Shown in pieces: positions 1-8,648 of a stretch of 64,000 nt of DNA. Position 1 is the first letter of the stretch; each line of letters begins with the position of its first letter. The notes beneath the pieces were generated by a model, which saw nothing but the letters and a program-made list of their open reading frames with translations, did no database searches and was not told the DNA's origin. The stretch is from Candidatus Micrarchaeia archaeon (GTDB taxonomy: Archaea > Micrarchaeota > Micrarchaeia > Burarchaeales > JACRGF01): the NCBI GenBank assembly GCA_038870455.1, contig JAWCPB010000002.1, positions 12,452 to 76,451 of the forward strand. The letters are read 5' to 3'. The translations under genes were made by a program, and so were the position numbers.

Positions 1-420
1 GACGGCACGGACAACTTCGCCGCGCGCTATGCGATAAACGACGCCGCCGTGCTCAACAGGACCCCGCTGTTTCACGCCGCCGTTCTGCAGTACGAGGGAC
101 GCGTCTTCACCGTCATTCCCGGAAAGAGCGCCTGCCTGCGCTGCGCCTTCCCGGTCATCCCGCCAAAGGGAAGCATCCCCACCTGCAGGGAGGCGGGAGT
201 TCTCGGAAGCGTCATAAGCGTGCTGGCAGGCATCCAGGCCACTGAGGCGATCAAGCACCTGGCCGGCCAGGGCGCGCGCCTGACCGACAGGATGCTGGTT
301 TTCGACGGCAGGACCATGTCTTTCGACGAATTCCGCTTCAGGAGGAGGAGGGAGTGCAGCGCGTGCGGCCAAAAGGGCTTCACTTCCTCGCCGGTGTATC
401 AAGAGGTTTGTGACATATGA
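1..420 (+). CDS. ThiF/MoeB/UbaA E1-like adenylyltransferase (5' truncated)
   Basis: Frame open from base 1: DGTDNFAARYAINDA, CLRC, PTCREAGVLG (catalytic Cys), C-terminal CSAC Zn site. Confidence 0.9.
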   Translation, partial: DGTDNFAARYAINDAAVLNRTPLFHAAVLQYEGRVFTVIPGKSACLRCAFPVIPPKGSIPTCREAGVLGSVISVLAGIQATEAIKHLAGQGARLTDRMLVFDGRTMSFDEFRFRRRRECSACGQKGFTSSPVYQEVCDI

Positions 421-656
421 AACAGATCCACGAGCTTGACCTGAGGGGCGAGAGGTGCCCTGACACCTTCACCTACACGAAGATTCGGGCGGAGGAGCTG
501 CGGGAAGAGGGCAGGGCCGGCGACATCCTCAAGGTGATTGTCGACAACGAGCTCAGCGCCAGGGACGTTCCGGCGAGCATGCAGCTCGAGGGGCACAGGG
601 TGATAGAGGTCAGGAAGGCGAACGGGCTGTGGGAGCTTTTTTTCGAGATTAAATAG
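417..656 (+). CDS. tusA: TusA/SirA-family sulfur carrier
   Basis: LDLRGERCP motif, 79 aa, ATGA overlap with the E1 gene. Confidence 0.85.
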   Translation: MKQIHELDLRGERCPDTFTYTKIRAEELREEGRAGDILKVIVDNELSARDVPASMQLEGHRVIEVRKANGLWELFFEIK

Positions 657-1706
657 GTGGTTGAAATCAGGGAATGGGATGATGCTCTTGGCCTGACCCC
701 GCGGCTTGACTGCGGCCTGTGCGGGCTGGACTGCGGCGCGCTGGCCCGCAGGGCGCTCGCAGGAGCGAGCGAGTTCTCGGAGTGCATTCCCGCCAGGCAG
801 AGCCCGCAGGCCGCGCCCGCGTTCGCAGAGCTGAGGCGAAAGCACTCGCCCTCGCGCCTGCCGGAGCCGAGGAAGGACGTGCTTGTCGTGCGCCCATGCA
901 TCGATGTCGCGAACAGGGTGAGCGGCGAGGCGAACATCCGCCACTGGTCGCCATCCCCCTACCCGCCCTTTGACTCGGTGTATCTGGAGCATGCGTTGCG
1001 CACCAGCGGAGCCTTTGGCAACGTCAAGTACTCGCCCTCGCTTGGCATCGCAAACCTTCTGCTCAGCGAAGGGAGAGGAGTTGTCTTCTCCCGCTCCGGA
1101 AAAGCCATCGCGCGCGCCGCTTTCGACCTCAATGACTTGGAGAAAACATTCTCACTCGTTTCCCTGGTCTCCTGGCCCGCCGCGGTCTGCGGCGAATGCG
1201 GTTCTCTCGCAATCGACTGCGCCATAGGCGCGTGCAACGCCTGCGGCGCCTGCCACGCCTCGCGCGTTCCCCCCTCCACAAACCTGCAGTCATCTGTACC
1301 GAGCCGCCGCGCCACCCCAGCCGTTTCCCTCCTCTCGCCCGCGGCGAATCACGCGATTGAAGGGATCGGAGCAGAGCCTGCACTCGAGAGTGCCGAGAAA
1401 AGAGCGTTCGCGCTGCTGCTCGAGGGCGATGCCGGCGCGCTGTTCCTCCTTGGGCTCGCCAAGCAGCTTCGCTTTCTCGCAGACGGGCTGGCCAGGGCAG
1501 GAGGGGGCCGGCAGCTGAAGAAAATCGCCAGGGAGGCCTGGGAGGCTCTCGAGACGGGGGATAAGAAAAAGGCGGAGCACGCTGCCGGAGATGCCGCGCG
1601 GGCTTTAGCCGAGCTCAAGCGCGGCTTTTCAGAAGGCGGGCAGGTTTGGGCCGCCAAGGCCGCAGGGGCATCGCTTAAAATAGCACGCGCTGCAACAAAG
1701 CTCTGA
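657..1706 (+). CDS. Cys-rich putative Fe-S/metal-binding protein
   Basis: N-terminal DCGLCGLDC...EC (FeS-domain-like), central beta-rich segment, CGEC-x5-DC-x3-AC-xx-C-xx-C cluster. Confidence 0.6.
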   Translation: MVEIREWDDALGLTPRLDCGLCGLDCGALARRALAGASEFSECIPARQSPQAAPAFAELRRKHSPSRLPEPRKDVLVVRPCIDVANRVSGEANIRHWSPSPYPPFDSVYLEHALRTSGAFGNVKYSPSLGIANLLLSEGRGVVFSRSGKAIARAAFDLNDLEKTFSLVSLVSWPAAVCGECGSLAIDCAIGACNACGACHASRVPPSTNLQSSVPSRRATPAVSLLSPAANHAIEGIGAEPALESAEKRAFALLLEGDAGALFLLGLAKQLRFLADGLARAGGGRQLKKIAREAWEALETGDKKKAEHAAGDAARALAELKRGFSEGGQVWAAKAAGASLKIARAATKL

Positions 1707-1715
1707 GGTGCGCGA

Positions 1716-3191
1716 ATGGCGCTGCGCGTGCACAACACCCTATCCAAGAGGCTCGAGGAATTTGTTCCGGGCGAGCCGGGCTTGGTGCGCATGTACGTGT
1801 GCGGCCTGACCCCATACGACAGATTCCACCTCGGCCACGCGCGTACTTACGTTGCCTTTGACATCATAAGGCGGTACCTCGAGTTCGTCGGCTATCGCGT
1901 GCTGCACGTTCAAAACATCACTGACGTGGATGACAAGATACTCAACCGTGCAAGGGAGCGCAGCGAGGAGCCTCTGGCGATGGCGGAGCACTTCAGCAAG
2001 CTCGCCATGCAGGAGTCCGACCTCCTCGGCATACGGAGGGCGCACCACTATCCCAAGGTCAGCGAGCACATTCCAGAAATAATCTCCCTCGTCGAACGCA
2101 TTGCCAGCAAGGGCTTTGCCTACGAGACAGAGGACGGCGTGTATTTCGACGTCGAAAAATTCCCTGGCTATGGCAAGCTCAGCGGGCAAAAGCTTGATGA
2201 GATAAAAGCTGGCGCGCGCATCGCCGTGGATGAGAGGAAGAGGCACCCGGCTGACTTCGCGCTTTGGAAGAAGTGGAAGCCCGGCGAGGCGCTCGCCTGG
2301 GACTCGCCCTGGGGGCGGGGCAGGCCGGGCTGGCACATCGAATGCTCCGCCATGAGCGCGAAGTACCTCGGCCAGTCGTTCGACATCCACGGCGGGGGCA
2401 GCGACCTCATCTTTCCCCATCACGAGAACGAAATCGCCCAGAGCGAGGCGGCGAGCGGAAAACAGTTTGCGCGCTACTGGCTTCACACAGGCTGGCTGAC
2501 CGTGAAGAAGCAGAAGATGGCAAAGTCGCTCAAGAACTTCATCACGGTGGAGGGGGCGCTGGCCAAGTGGGAGCCCGAGGTGCTGCGGCTGTTTTTCGCC
2601 TCCACACACTACCGCTCCCCGCTCGACTTCAACGAGGGCTCGCTTGAGGCCGCGCGCGCGGGCTTGGCCACGCTGCGCAGCGCGCTGTACAACGCCGCAG
2701 AGGCAAGGCCCTCGAGGGGCCGCCCGGCAAAGTGGCTCGAGGAGGCTGTTGCCAAGCACAGGGAGGCCTTTCTGGCGGCCATGGACAACGACTTCGACAC
2801 CAGCACCGCGCTCGCCCACCTGTTCGAGATCGCCAAGCACATAAACACGTACATCAACGAGGGGAAAATCGACAGCCACGTGCTCGAGCACGCGGTCGCC
2901 GAGTACAAGAGCCTCGCGGGCATACTCGGCCTGCTCGAGAGCCTTCCCAGGAAAATAGCGAGTGAAGAGGATACCGCCCGGCTCAGGGTGCTTGCGGCCT
3001 CGCTGGGCGTGGACAGTGAAAAAGCAGAGCGCCTCGGCTTCACCGAGCTCATGTCGCTCGTGATCGCCGAGAGGGAGAAGGCGAGGAAGGCAAAGGACTT
3101 CGCGAGGGGCGACGAGATCAGAAAGGCGCTGCGCGGCCTCGGCATAGCCATCGAGGACACTCCAAGGGGAACGGTCTGGCGGTTTGCATGA
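1716..3191 (+). CDS. cysS: cysteine--tRNA ligase
   Basis: MYVCG, HLGH (HIGH), PGWHIECSAM, FPHHENE, KMAKS (KMSKS), DALR-like domain. Confidence 0.98.
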   Translation: MALRVHNTLSKRLEEFVPGEPGLVRMYVCGLTPYDRFHLGHARTYVAFDIIRRYLEFVGYRVLHVQNITDVDDKILNRARERSEEPLAMAEHFSKLAMQESDLLGIRRAHHYPKVSEHIPEIISLVERIASKGFAYETEDGVYFDVEKFPGYGKLSGQKLDEIKAGARIAVDERKRHPADFALWKKWKPGEALAWDSPWGRGRPGWHIECSAMSAKYLGQSFDIHGGGSDLIFPHHENEIAQSEAASGKQFARYWLHTGWLTVKKQKMAKSLKNFITVEGALAKWEPEVLRLFFASTHYRSPLDFNEGSLEAARAGLATLRSALYNAAEARPSRGRPAKWLEEAVAKHREAFLAAMDNDFDTSTALAHLFEIAKHINTYINEGKIDSHVLEHAVAEYKSLAGILGLLESLPRKIASEEDTARLRVLAASLGVDSEKAERLGFTELMSLVIAEREKARKAKDFARGDEIRKALRGLGIAIEDTPRGTVWRFA

Positions 3192-4213
3192 CTGCGCGTG
3201 AGAAGGAAAAGGAGGCTCTCTACTGGCGCGTGCTCAAGGGCGACGCGCTGCAGTGCACGCTGTGCCCTCACTGGTGCACAATTCTCGAGGGAAGAAGGGG
3301 AAGGTGCAGGGTCAGGGAGAACAGGCGCGGCAGGCTCTACTCGCTGGTCTACGGCAAGCCGTCGGCGATTCAGATAGACCCCATTGAGAAAAAACCGAAC
3401 TTTCACTTCCTGCCCGGCTCGCTGTCGTATTCCATTGGCACGGTGGGCTGCAACCTGAGGTGCGCCTTCTGCCAGAACTGGCAGCTTTCGCAGGCGAGCC
3501 CCGGCGACCTGCCGCATTATGATCTCCCACCACAGGCGGTTGTTGACGAGGCGCTGCGGTACGGCTGCGCCTCGATCGCCTATACCTACAACGACCCAGT
3601 GGTGTTCATCGAATACGTCATGGACACGGCCAGGCTCGCCCGTCCGCGAGGGCTGCGGAGCGTTTTCGTCACGGCTGGCTTCATCAACCCGCAGCCGCTC
3701 GACGAACTGTGCGGGCTCATCGACAGCGCGCATGTCGATCTCAAGGGATTCAGCGAGCAGTTTTACAGGGAAGTGAGCGGTGCCCGCCTCGCCCCAGTGC
3801 TTGCCACGCTGAAGACGCTCAAGAAAAGGGGCATCTGGTTCGAGGTCATTCACCTCACCGTGCCGGGCCTCTCGGACGACCCTGATGAGATTCGCATGAT
3901 GTGCGAGTGGATGCGGGAGAACATCGGCACAGAAGTCCCGCTTCACTTCACCCAGTTCCACCCGGAGTACAAGATGCTGACCACGCCCGTCACCCCAGTC
4001 GCATCGCTCGAGCGCGCTCACGCCATCGCGAAAGACGTGGGCCTAGAGTATGTCTATGTCGGCAACGTTCCCGGCCACCCTCTCGAGAACACCTACTGCC
4101 CGAAATGCAACAACCTCCTCATCGAGAGGTGGGGGTTCGAAATACTAAAGAATCTAATACCGGAAGGTATGTGTCCTTACTGCGGCAAAAAACTTGCTGG
4201 AGTATGGCGATAG
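3188..4213 (+). CDS. amrS: AmmeMemoRadiSam-type (PflA-like) radical SAM enzyme
   Basis: CTLCPHWC..C, DPIEKKP.FHFLPG, GCNLRCAFCQNW, YTYNDP, C-terminal CPKC...CPYC. Confidence 0.9.
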   Translation: MTAREKEKEALYWRVLKGDALQCTLCPHWCTILEGRRGRCRVRENRRGRLYSLVYGKPSAIQIDPIEKKPNFHFLPGSLSYSIGTVGCNLRCAFCQNWQLSQASPGDLPHYDLPPQAVVDEALRYGCASIAYTYNDPVVFIEYVMDTARLARPRGLRSVFVTAGFINPQPLDELCGLIDSAHVDLKGFSEQFYREVSGARLAPVLATLKTLKKRGIWFEVIHLTVPGLSDDPDEIRMMCEWMRENIGTEVPLHFTQFHPEYKMLTTPVTPVASLERAHAIAKDVGLEYVYVGNVPGHPLENTYCPKCNNLLIERWGFEILKNLIPEGMCPYCGKKLAGVWR

Positions 4214-4332
4214 GCCAGGGTGGCAGAGCGGCTATGCAGCCGGCTGCAGACAACCTTTTGCCGGCGGTCCGGCAAAAGCGTTGACGGAAAAGCAGTCACC
4301 GGCGCAGGGGAGTTCAACTCTCCCCCCTGGCT
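4214..4332 (+). tRNA. tRNA-Cys(GCA) with a 48-nt intron at 37/38 (4250-4297)
   Basis: Acceptor GCCAGGG/CCCTGGC+U73, anticodon stem GCCGG/CCGGC, CT-GCA-G, T arm GGGAG-TTCAACT-CTCCC; BHB helix CTGC/GCAG with AGA and TCA bulges. Confidence 0.93.
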
Positions 4333-4441
4333 TTTAACTTCGCCAGAGAACGGAGCAGCGCGTGCAGCCTTGCTGAAGAGCGCGCCCTCAGCTTGAGCGG
4401 GCGGCGCATGGAAAAGAACAGGCGCGGCGCGCAGCCCCCTG

Positions 4442-4708
4442 TCAGGCCCATATCACCCTCCCGTAGTAGTTGGCTTCGGCTCTTGTCTTGTAGCAGACAA
4501 AGCACACGGCATAACCGTTCTCGTACATCATCTCGGCATAGCTCGTCTCGAGCCCGCACACCATGCAGCGGTCGCGCGGGATCTCCCAGCGTGGGTTTGG
4601 CGTGGAGGACAGCCTCTTTTCGGCAGGTGCCGTTTCCCTAGGCTCTTCCTCCGCAAGGAGGTTTTTGAGTGCCTGGATGAGGCCCGCGACAGAGACCATG
4701 CTCCACAC
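4442..4708 (-). CDS. small CxxC...CxxC zinc-finger protein
   Basis: CMVC-x17-CFVC; AT-rich promoter region upstream; exact start uncertain. Confidence 0.55.
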   Translation of the reverse strand: MWSMVSVAGLIQALKNLLAEEEPRETAPAEKRLSSTPNPRWEIPRDRCMVCGLETSYAEMMYENGYAVCFVCYKTRAEANYYGRVIWA

Positions 4709-4725
4709 CGCGCTGGCCTGGGCCT

Positions 4726-4804
4726 GCTTTTTATTTAAAAGTTTTCAAGAAAAATTTTGAAAAAAAGAAAAAATTGATAAACCCGACGCAACAATTACAA
4801 AAAC
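4726..4804. promoter_or_regulatory. AT-rich divergent promoter region with imperfect palindrome
   Basis: TTTATTTAAAA TATA-like box; TTTTCAAGA-AAAA-TTTTGAAAA (4742-4763). Confidence 0.5.
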
Positions 4805-5791
4805 ATGCCCGGCTCTCAGATGAAGCTCGATGCGCTCGACCGCCGCATTCTTTTCGAGCTCGACGGAAATTCCCGGATGCCGCTGACGCGCATGGCGAGG
4901 AGGCTGAAGACCTCCCCGCAGCTGGTCGCCTACAGAATCCGCTCGCTCGAGAAGAGAGGCGTCATAAAGGGCTACACCGCGCTCATCGACTACAAGAGCG
5001 CGGGTTACACCTTCTACACAGCCTACTACGCCCTGAAGAACATTTCCCCGCGTGTTGTGGCCAAATTCTGCAGGTTTCTGCTCGCCGAGCCCAAAGTGTG
5101 CATCCTCCTCGAATGCGAGGGGCGGTGGGATGTCATGGTTGGAATACTCGCCCGCGACCCCGTTGAGTTCTACAACATCCTGCTCGGCATCAGAAACCGC
5201 TTCGGCGGCTACATCCTGGAGAGAACCATCGTGACGCACATCGGCGCGCGGCACTGCAGGAGGAAATACCTGTTGAGCAAGGAGTTCTCTGAGGGAGAGT
5301 TTGCCCACATCACGGGAGGAAAGCTTTCGCGCACCAGGCTTGTCAGCGGGGACGAGGAACTCCTGCGCGTGCTCACAAACAATGTCAGGGCCAGCGTGCT
5401 AGAGCTGGCTTCGGCGACAGGCGAGAGCCCTTATGCCGTGAGGAGGAGGCTCAAGCGCCTTGTCAGCGATAGGATTATACTGCGCACGGGTTTTCTGCCA
5501 GACCACGCGCGCTACGGCTATGCCTACAAGCGCGTACTGCTGTCGCTCCACCACACCACAGCCGGAAAGTTCGAGCTGCTGAAGAGCTTTTTCGTCCAGC
5601 ATCCGAACGTGAAGAGGGTAACGAGCGCTTTCGGCAGGTACGACCTGATAGTCGATGGAGAGTTCGAGCACGAGAGGGAGTTCAGGGCTTTCATCACCGA
5701 GCTGAGAACGAGGTTCGGCGGTGTGATTGCTCACTATGACACGCTCGAGGTGCTGAAAGTCCACCGGTTCCGCTTCTTCCCGTGCGCCTAG
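4805..5791 (+). CDS. tandem (double) Lrp/AsnC transcriptional regulator
   Basis: LDALDRRILFELDGNSR wHTH plus RAM domain, repeated in the second half (LLRVLTNNVRASVLELA). Confidence 0.88.
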   Translation: MPGSQMKLDALDRRILFELDGNSRMPLTRMARRLKTSPQLVAYRIRSLEKRGVIKGYTALIDYKSAGYTFYTAYYALKNISPRVVAKFCRFLLAEPKVCILLECEGRWDVMVGILARDPVEFYNILLGIRNRFGGYILERTIVTHIGARHCRRKYLLSKEFSEGEFAHITGGKLSRTRLVSGDEELLRVLTNNVRASVLELASATGESPYAVRRRLKRLVSDRIILRTGFLPDHARYGYAYKRVLLSLHHTTAGKFELLKSFFVQHPNVKRVTSAFGRYDLIVDGEFEHEREFRAFITELRTRFGGVIAHYDTLEVLKVHRFRFFPCA

Positions 5792-5794
5792 CCC

Positions 5795-6004
5795 CTATTT
5801 TCGCTTGCCCGCCCTGCCCGCCTTGGCCTGCTGGTGGAGGGTGTAAAAAGCTGCCCCGATTGCCAGCCATATCACGGCCAGGTCGAGCCCTTTGAAGGTG
5901 TAGGGCGCATTGAGGCTGAACAGCCCGCTCAGCGCGATGACAACGCTGAGCGCCATGAAGCCCACGCGGAGCCACCACAGGTATTTCTCGGCCATGCCCG
6001 GCAT
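5795..6004 (-). CDS. small two-TM membrane protein
   Basis: Two hydrophobic stretches and a basic C-tail. Confidence 0.55.
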   Translation of the reverse strand: MPGMAEKYLWWLRVGFMALSVVIALSGLFSLNAPYTFKGLDLAVIWLAIGAAFYTLHQQAKAGRAGKRK

Positions 6005-6067
6005 TGGAGCGCTGTAAATTTAAACCTTACGCAAAGGGCTTTTAATCTCGGGCCGCGAAATAACGCC

Positions 6068-7060
6068 ATGGTTCTCCTGTCCATCGTGTTGGGCGTGCTC
6101 GCGCTCTACCTCATACTCAAGGGCTCGGAGTGGGTCACGGACTCCAGCGTGCACGTCGCCCAGAGGCTCAGCACCACAAACGTCGCGGTCGGCCTCATCC
6201 TCGTGGCGGCGCTGCTGTCGCTGCCCGAGCTCGTCGTCGCGCTGTCGAGCGTGGCCAAGGGGCACACCGACATGGGCATTGGCGTCACGCTCGGCTCGGT
6301 CATCGTAAACATCGGCCTCATCGTAGGAATAAGCGCGCTCATCAGGCCGCTGCGCGTATCGCGCGTCATGATCACGCGCGACGCGGTGTTCATGGTCGTC
6401 ATCACCATCGTGGTCGCGGCCATCGCGCTCGAGGACCTCGAGCTCACGCGCGTTGACGGCTTCGTCCTCCTCCTGCTCTTCATCCCGTACTTCGTGAATG
6501 TGTACGAGCAGGAGCGCGTGCTCACCGCCAAGCAGAGGGTGGTCGAGACGCATAAGATAGTCAAGAGCCTGCATCTGTTCGGAAAGATGGGCTTCGGCAA
6601 GCTGGTCGTGCACGACGGCCTCAAGGTCTTCCTCGCTGGCGTGGCGCTGCTGCTGGTCGGGGCGGAGTTCTTCACCCAGTCCATGGTCGGCCTAGCGGGC
6701 TTCTTCAGGCTCTCCGATTTCGTGGTCGGCATCACGCTCGGCGCGCTCGGCCCGAGCCTGCCGAGCCTCGCGAGCGCCATTCAGGCTGAAAAGCGGGGTT
6801 ACGAGGAGCTGGCCGTGAGCGAGACGATAGGAAGCAACATCTTCACCCTGCTCATCACGCTCGGGGCGATCGCGCTCGTCACCCCCCAGTCCATCAACTT
6901 CGTCACGGCGGTGGTCACCACGCCGGCCATTCTCCTGCTCAGCTTTCTGCTTCTCTTCTTCATGATAAGGGGCAGGATAGGCAGGCGCGCCGGCGCGGTG
7001 CTGCTGATGATATACCTCGCCGCCACCCTGCTGCAGCTCGTCGTGCCGAACCTCTTCTGA
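6068..7060 (+). CDS. Na+/Ca2+ (CaCA, YrbG-like) antiporter
   Basis: alpha repeats SLPE...GSVIVN and SLPS...GSNIF; ~10 TM; ATG at 6068. Confidence 0.88.
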   Translation: MVLLSIVLGVLALYLILKGSEWVTDSSVHVAQRLSTTNVAVGLILVAALLSLPELVVALSSVAKGHTDMGIGVTLGSVIVNIGLIVGISALIRPLRVSRVMITRDAVFMVVITIVVAAIALEDLELTRVDGFVLLLLFIPYFVNVYEQERVLTAKQRVVETHKIVKSLHLFGKMGFGKLVVHDGLKVFLAGVALLLVGAEFFTQSMVGLAGFFRLSDFVVGITLGALGPSLPSLASAIQAEKRGYEELAVSETIGSNIFTLLITLGAIALVTPQSINFVTAVVTTPAILLLSFLLLFFMIRGRIGRRAGAVLLMIYLAATLLQLVVPNLF

Positions 7061-7069
7061 GGTGCTGCC

Positions 7070-7690
7070 ATGCAGAAAGTCGTCGCGCTTCTCTCGGGCG
7101 GCATCGACTCGCCTGTCGCGGCCTGGCTGGCCGCGCGCGCCGGCCTCGAGCCCGTGCTCGTGCATTTTGACAACAGGCCCTTTTCCTCGGGCGACAGCCT
7201 AGTGTGCGTGCTCAAGGTCGCCGCCAGGCTGCGGGAAAAGCTCGGAAAACTTGAGGGCTATCTCATCCCGCACGGCGGCGATGTCGCCGCCTTCCTGCGC
7301 GCCTGCTCTCCACACAACACGTGCATCCACAGCAGGCGGCATATGCATCGCGTGGCGGCCCTGCTCGCCGCCAGGCTCGGCGCGTCCGCGCTCGTGGCCG
7401 GCGACTTCATCGCCTCGAAGGCCTCCCAGACTCCGCAGAACCTCGCCGTGCTCGACAGCGCCTCGTCCCTGCCTGTTCTCAGGCCGCTTGCCGGGCTCGG
7501 CAAGGAGGAGATAGAGCGCATGGCCAGGCTGCTGGGGACGTTTGAGCTCGCCTCGCTTCACCCGACCTGCACCGCAACGCCCGAAAAGCCAAGCACAGGA
7601 GCGCGGCTGGAGGAGGTTCTTGCGGACGAGGCGAAGCTTGACGTTGGAAAAATGGCAGCGCGCTCTCTCGCGGCCGCGACGCCGTTGTGA
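7070..7690 (+). CDS. ThiI-like PP-loop sulfurtransferase, catalytic domain only
   Basis: LLSGGIDSPVAA, ASQT, VLRPL, K.EI...A...GT; no THUMP domain. Confidence 0.8.
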   Translation: MQKVVALLSGGIDSPVAAWLAARAGLEPVLVHFDNRPFSSGDSLVCVLKVAARLREKLGKLEGYLIPHGGDVAAFLRACSPHNTCIHSRRHMHRVAALLAARLGASALVAGDFIASKASQTPQNLAVLDSASSLPVLRPLAGLGKEEIERMARLLGTFELASLHPTCTATPEKPSTGARLEEVLADEAKLDVGKMAARSLAAATPL

Positions 7691-7968
7691 TGTCCATGGA
7701 GCTTTTTGTACTCAAGCCGTGCAGGACAGGGCGGGACTACGAGCTGCACCCGAGGAAGAAGATGGAGGTGGACCTGAAGGGCGCGGCGGCCCTCCTCTCG
7801 CGCGCTGGTTTTGAAGTCGAGCTCGCCACGCCCCTCGTGCTTTTCCTCAGGCTCGGCGTGGTGGGGCTCGCCCTGTACAAGAGCGGGCGCGTTCTCGTCA
7901 GGGGGGCTGGCAGCGAACAGGCGGCCGGCGAAATAGGCAGGAGGCTGTACTCCTCGCTCGCGGGCTAG
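7687..7968 (+). CDS. small hypothetical protein coupled to the ThiI-like gene
   Basis: GTGA overlap; LKPC motif and LYKSGRVLVRG beta segment. Confidence 0.65.
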   Translation: MMSMELFVLKPCRTGRDYELHPRKKMEVDLKGAAALLSRAGFEVELATPLVLFLRLGVVGLALYKSGRVLVRGAGSEQAAGEIGRRLYSSLAG

Positions 7969-8648
7969 GCTAGCGGGAAGGGCGCGCTCACCAGCTCTGT
8001 CCGCAGCCCACGCGCGTTCATCTCTAGGAGAATCCTCTTTTCGGCATCCACCCAGACCTCGGCTTCCTGGACCGAGGCGTTTGCCGCTGCGGGGCTGGAC
8101 GAGACGAGGATGTGAAAAGCCCTCCTGCCCTTTCTGTCAGCAACTTCTGAAACGGCATACGTCACCACCCGCTCCTCGGCCAGGCCAAGGCCCGCGATCT
8201 CGTTGCGCACTCTCACCCTCCAGCTCCAGTTGGGCGCGAGCGCGAGCATCCACTCCTCGAAGAAACCTCCTGAAAGGTTTCCCCACAGCAGCGAGCCGTT
8301 CGCCGCGAGGCAGCCCTCCCCGTCCGCCGGGGTCGTCTTGACCACGAGGCAGTTTTCAAACGCGCTCTCCACGCTGAACTCCGCGAGCGCGCTCTCCCGG
8401 CCAAACGAGAAATTATAGGCGAACCTCTCGCCCGGCGAGAGGTTGAGTGCAGCGTTCGGCCGCAGCGGCTCTGTGCTCACGCTCGTCCTGACCTCCCTGC
8501 CGGCGGGCCACAGCACGAAGGCTATCATGGCTAGCAGGATGAGCAGGATTAGCGCGAGAAAGAGCTTGGCGTAGTCCCACGGAGTTTCGAGGGAGAGGAA
8601 GGACTGCGCGCGCCGCTCTGCAGCCTTTTCCTTTCTTCTCCCCTTCAT
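7965..8648 (-). CDS. membrane-anchored hypothetical protein
   Basis: One N-terminal TM followed by a beta-rich domain. Confidence 0.7.
   Translation of the reverse strand: MKGRRKEKAAERRAQSFLSLETPWDYAKLFLALILLILLAMIAFVLWPAGREVRTSVSTEPLRPNAALNLSPGERFAYNFSFGRESALAEFSVESAFENCLVVKTTPADGEGCLAANGSLLWGNLSGGFFEEWMLALAPNWSWRVRVRNEIAGLGLAEERVVTYAVSEVADRKGRRAFHILVSSSPAAANASVQEAEVWVDAEKRILLEMNARGLRTELVSAPFPLA

Noticed and set aside
1740-4021. Long antisense ORFs (also 15537-17456, 60034-61593 and others)
   Set aside because: Shadow frames of high-GC genes with clear sense-strand motifs
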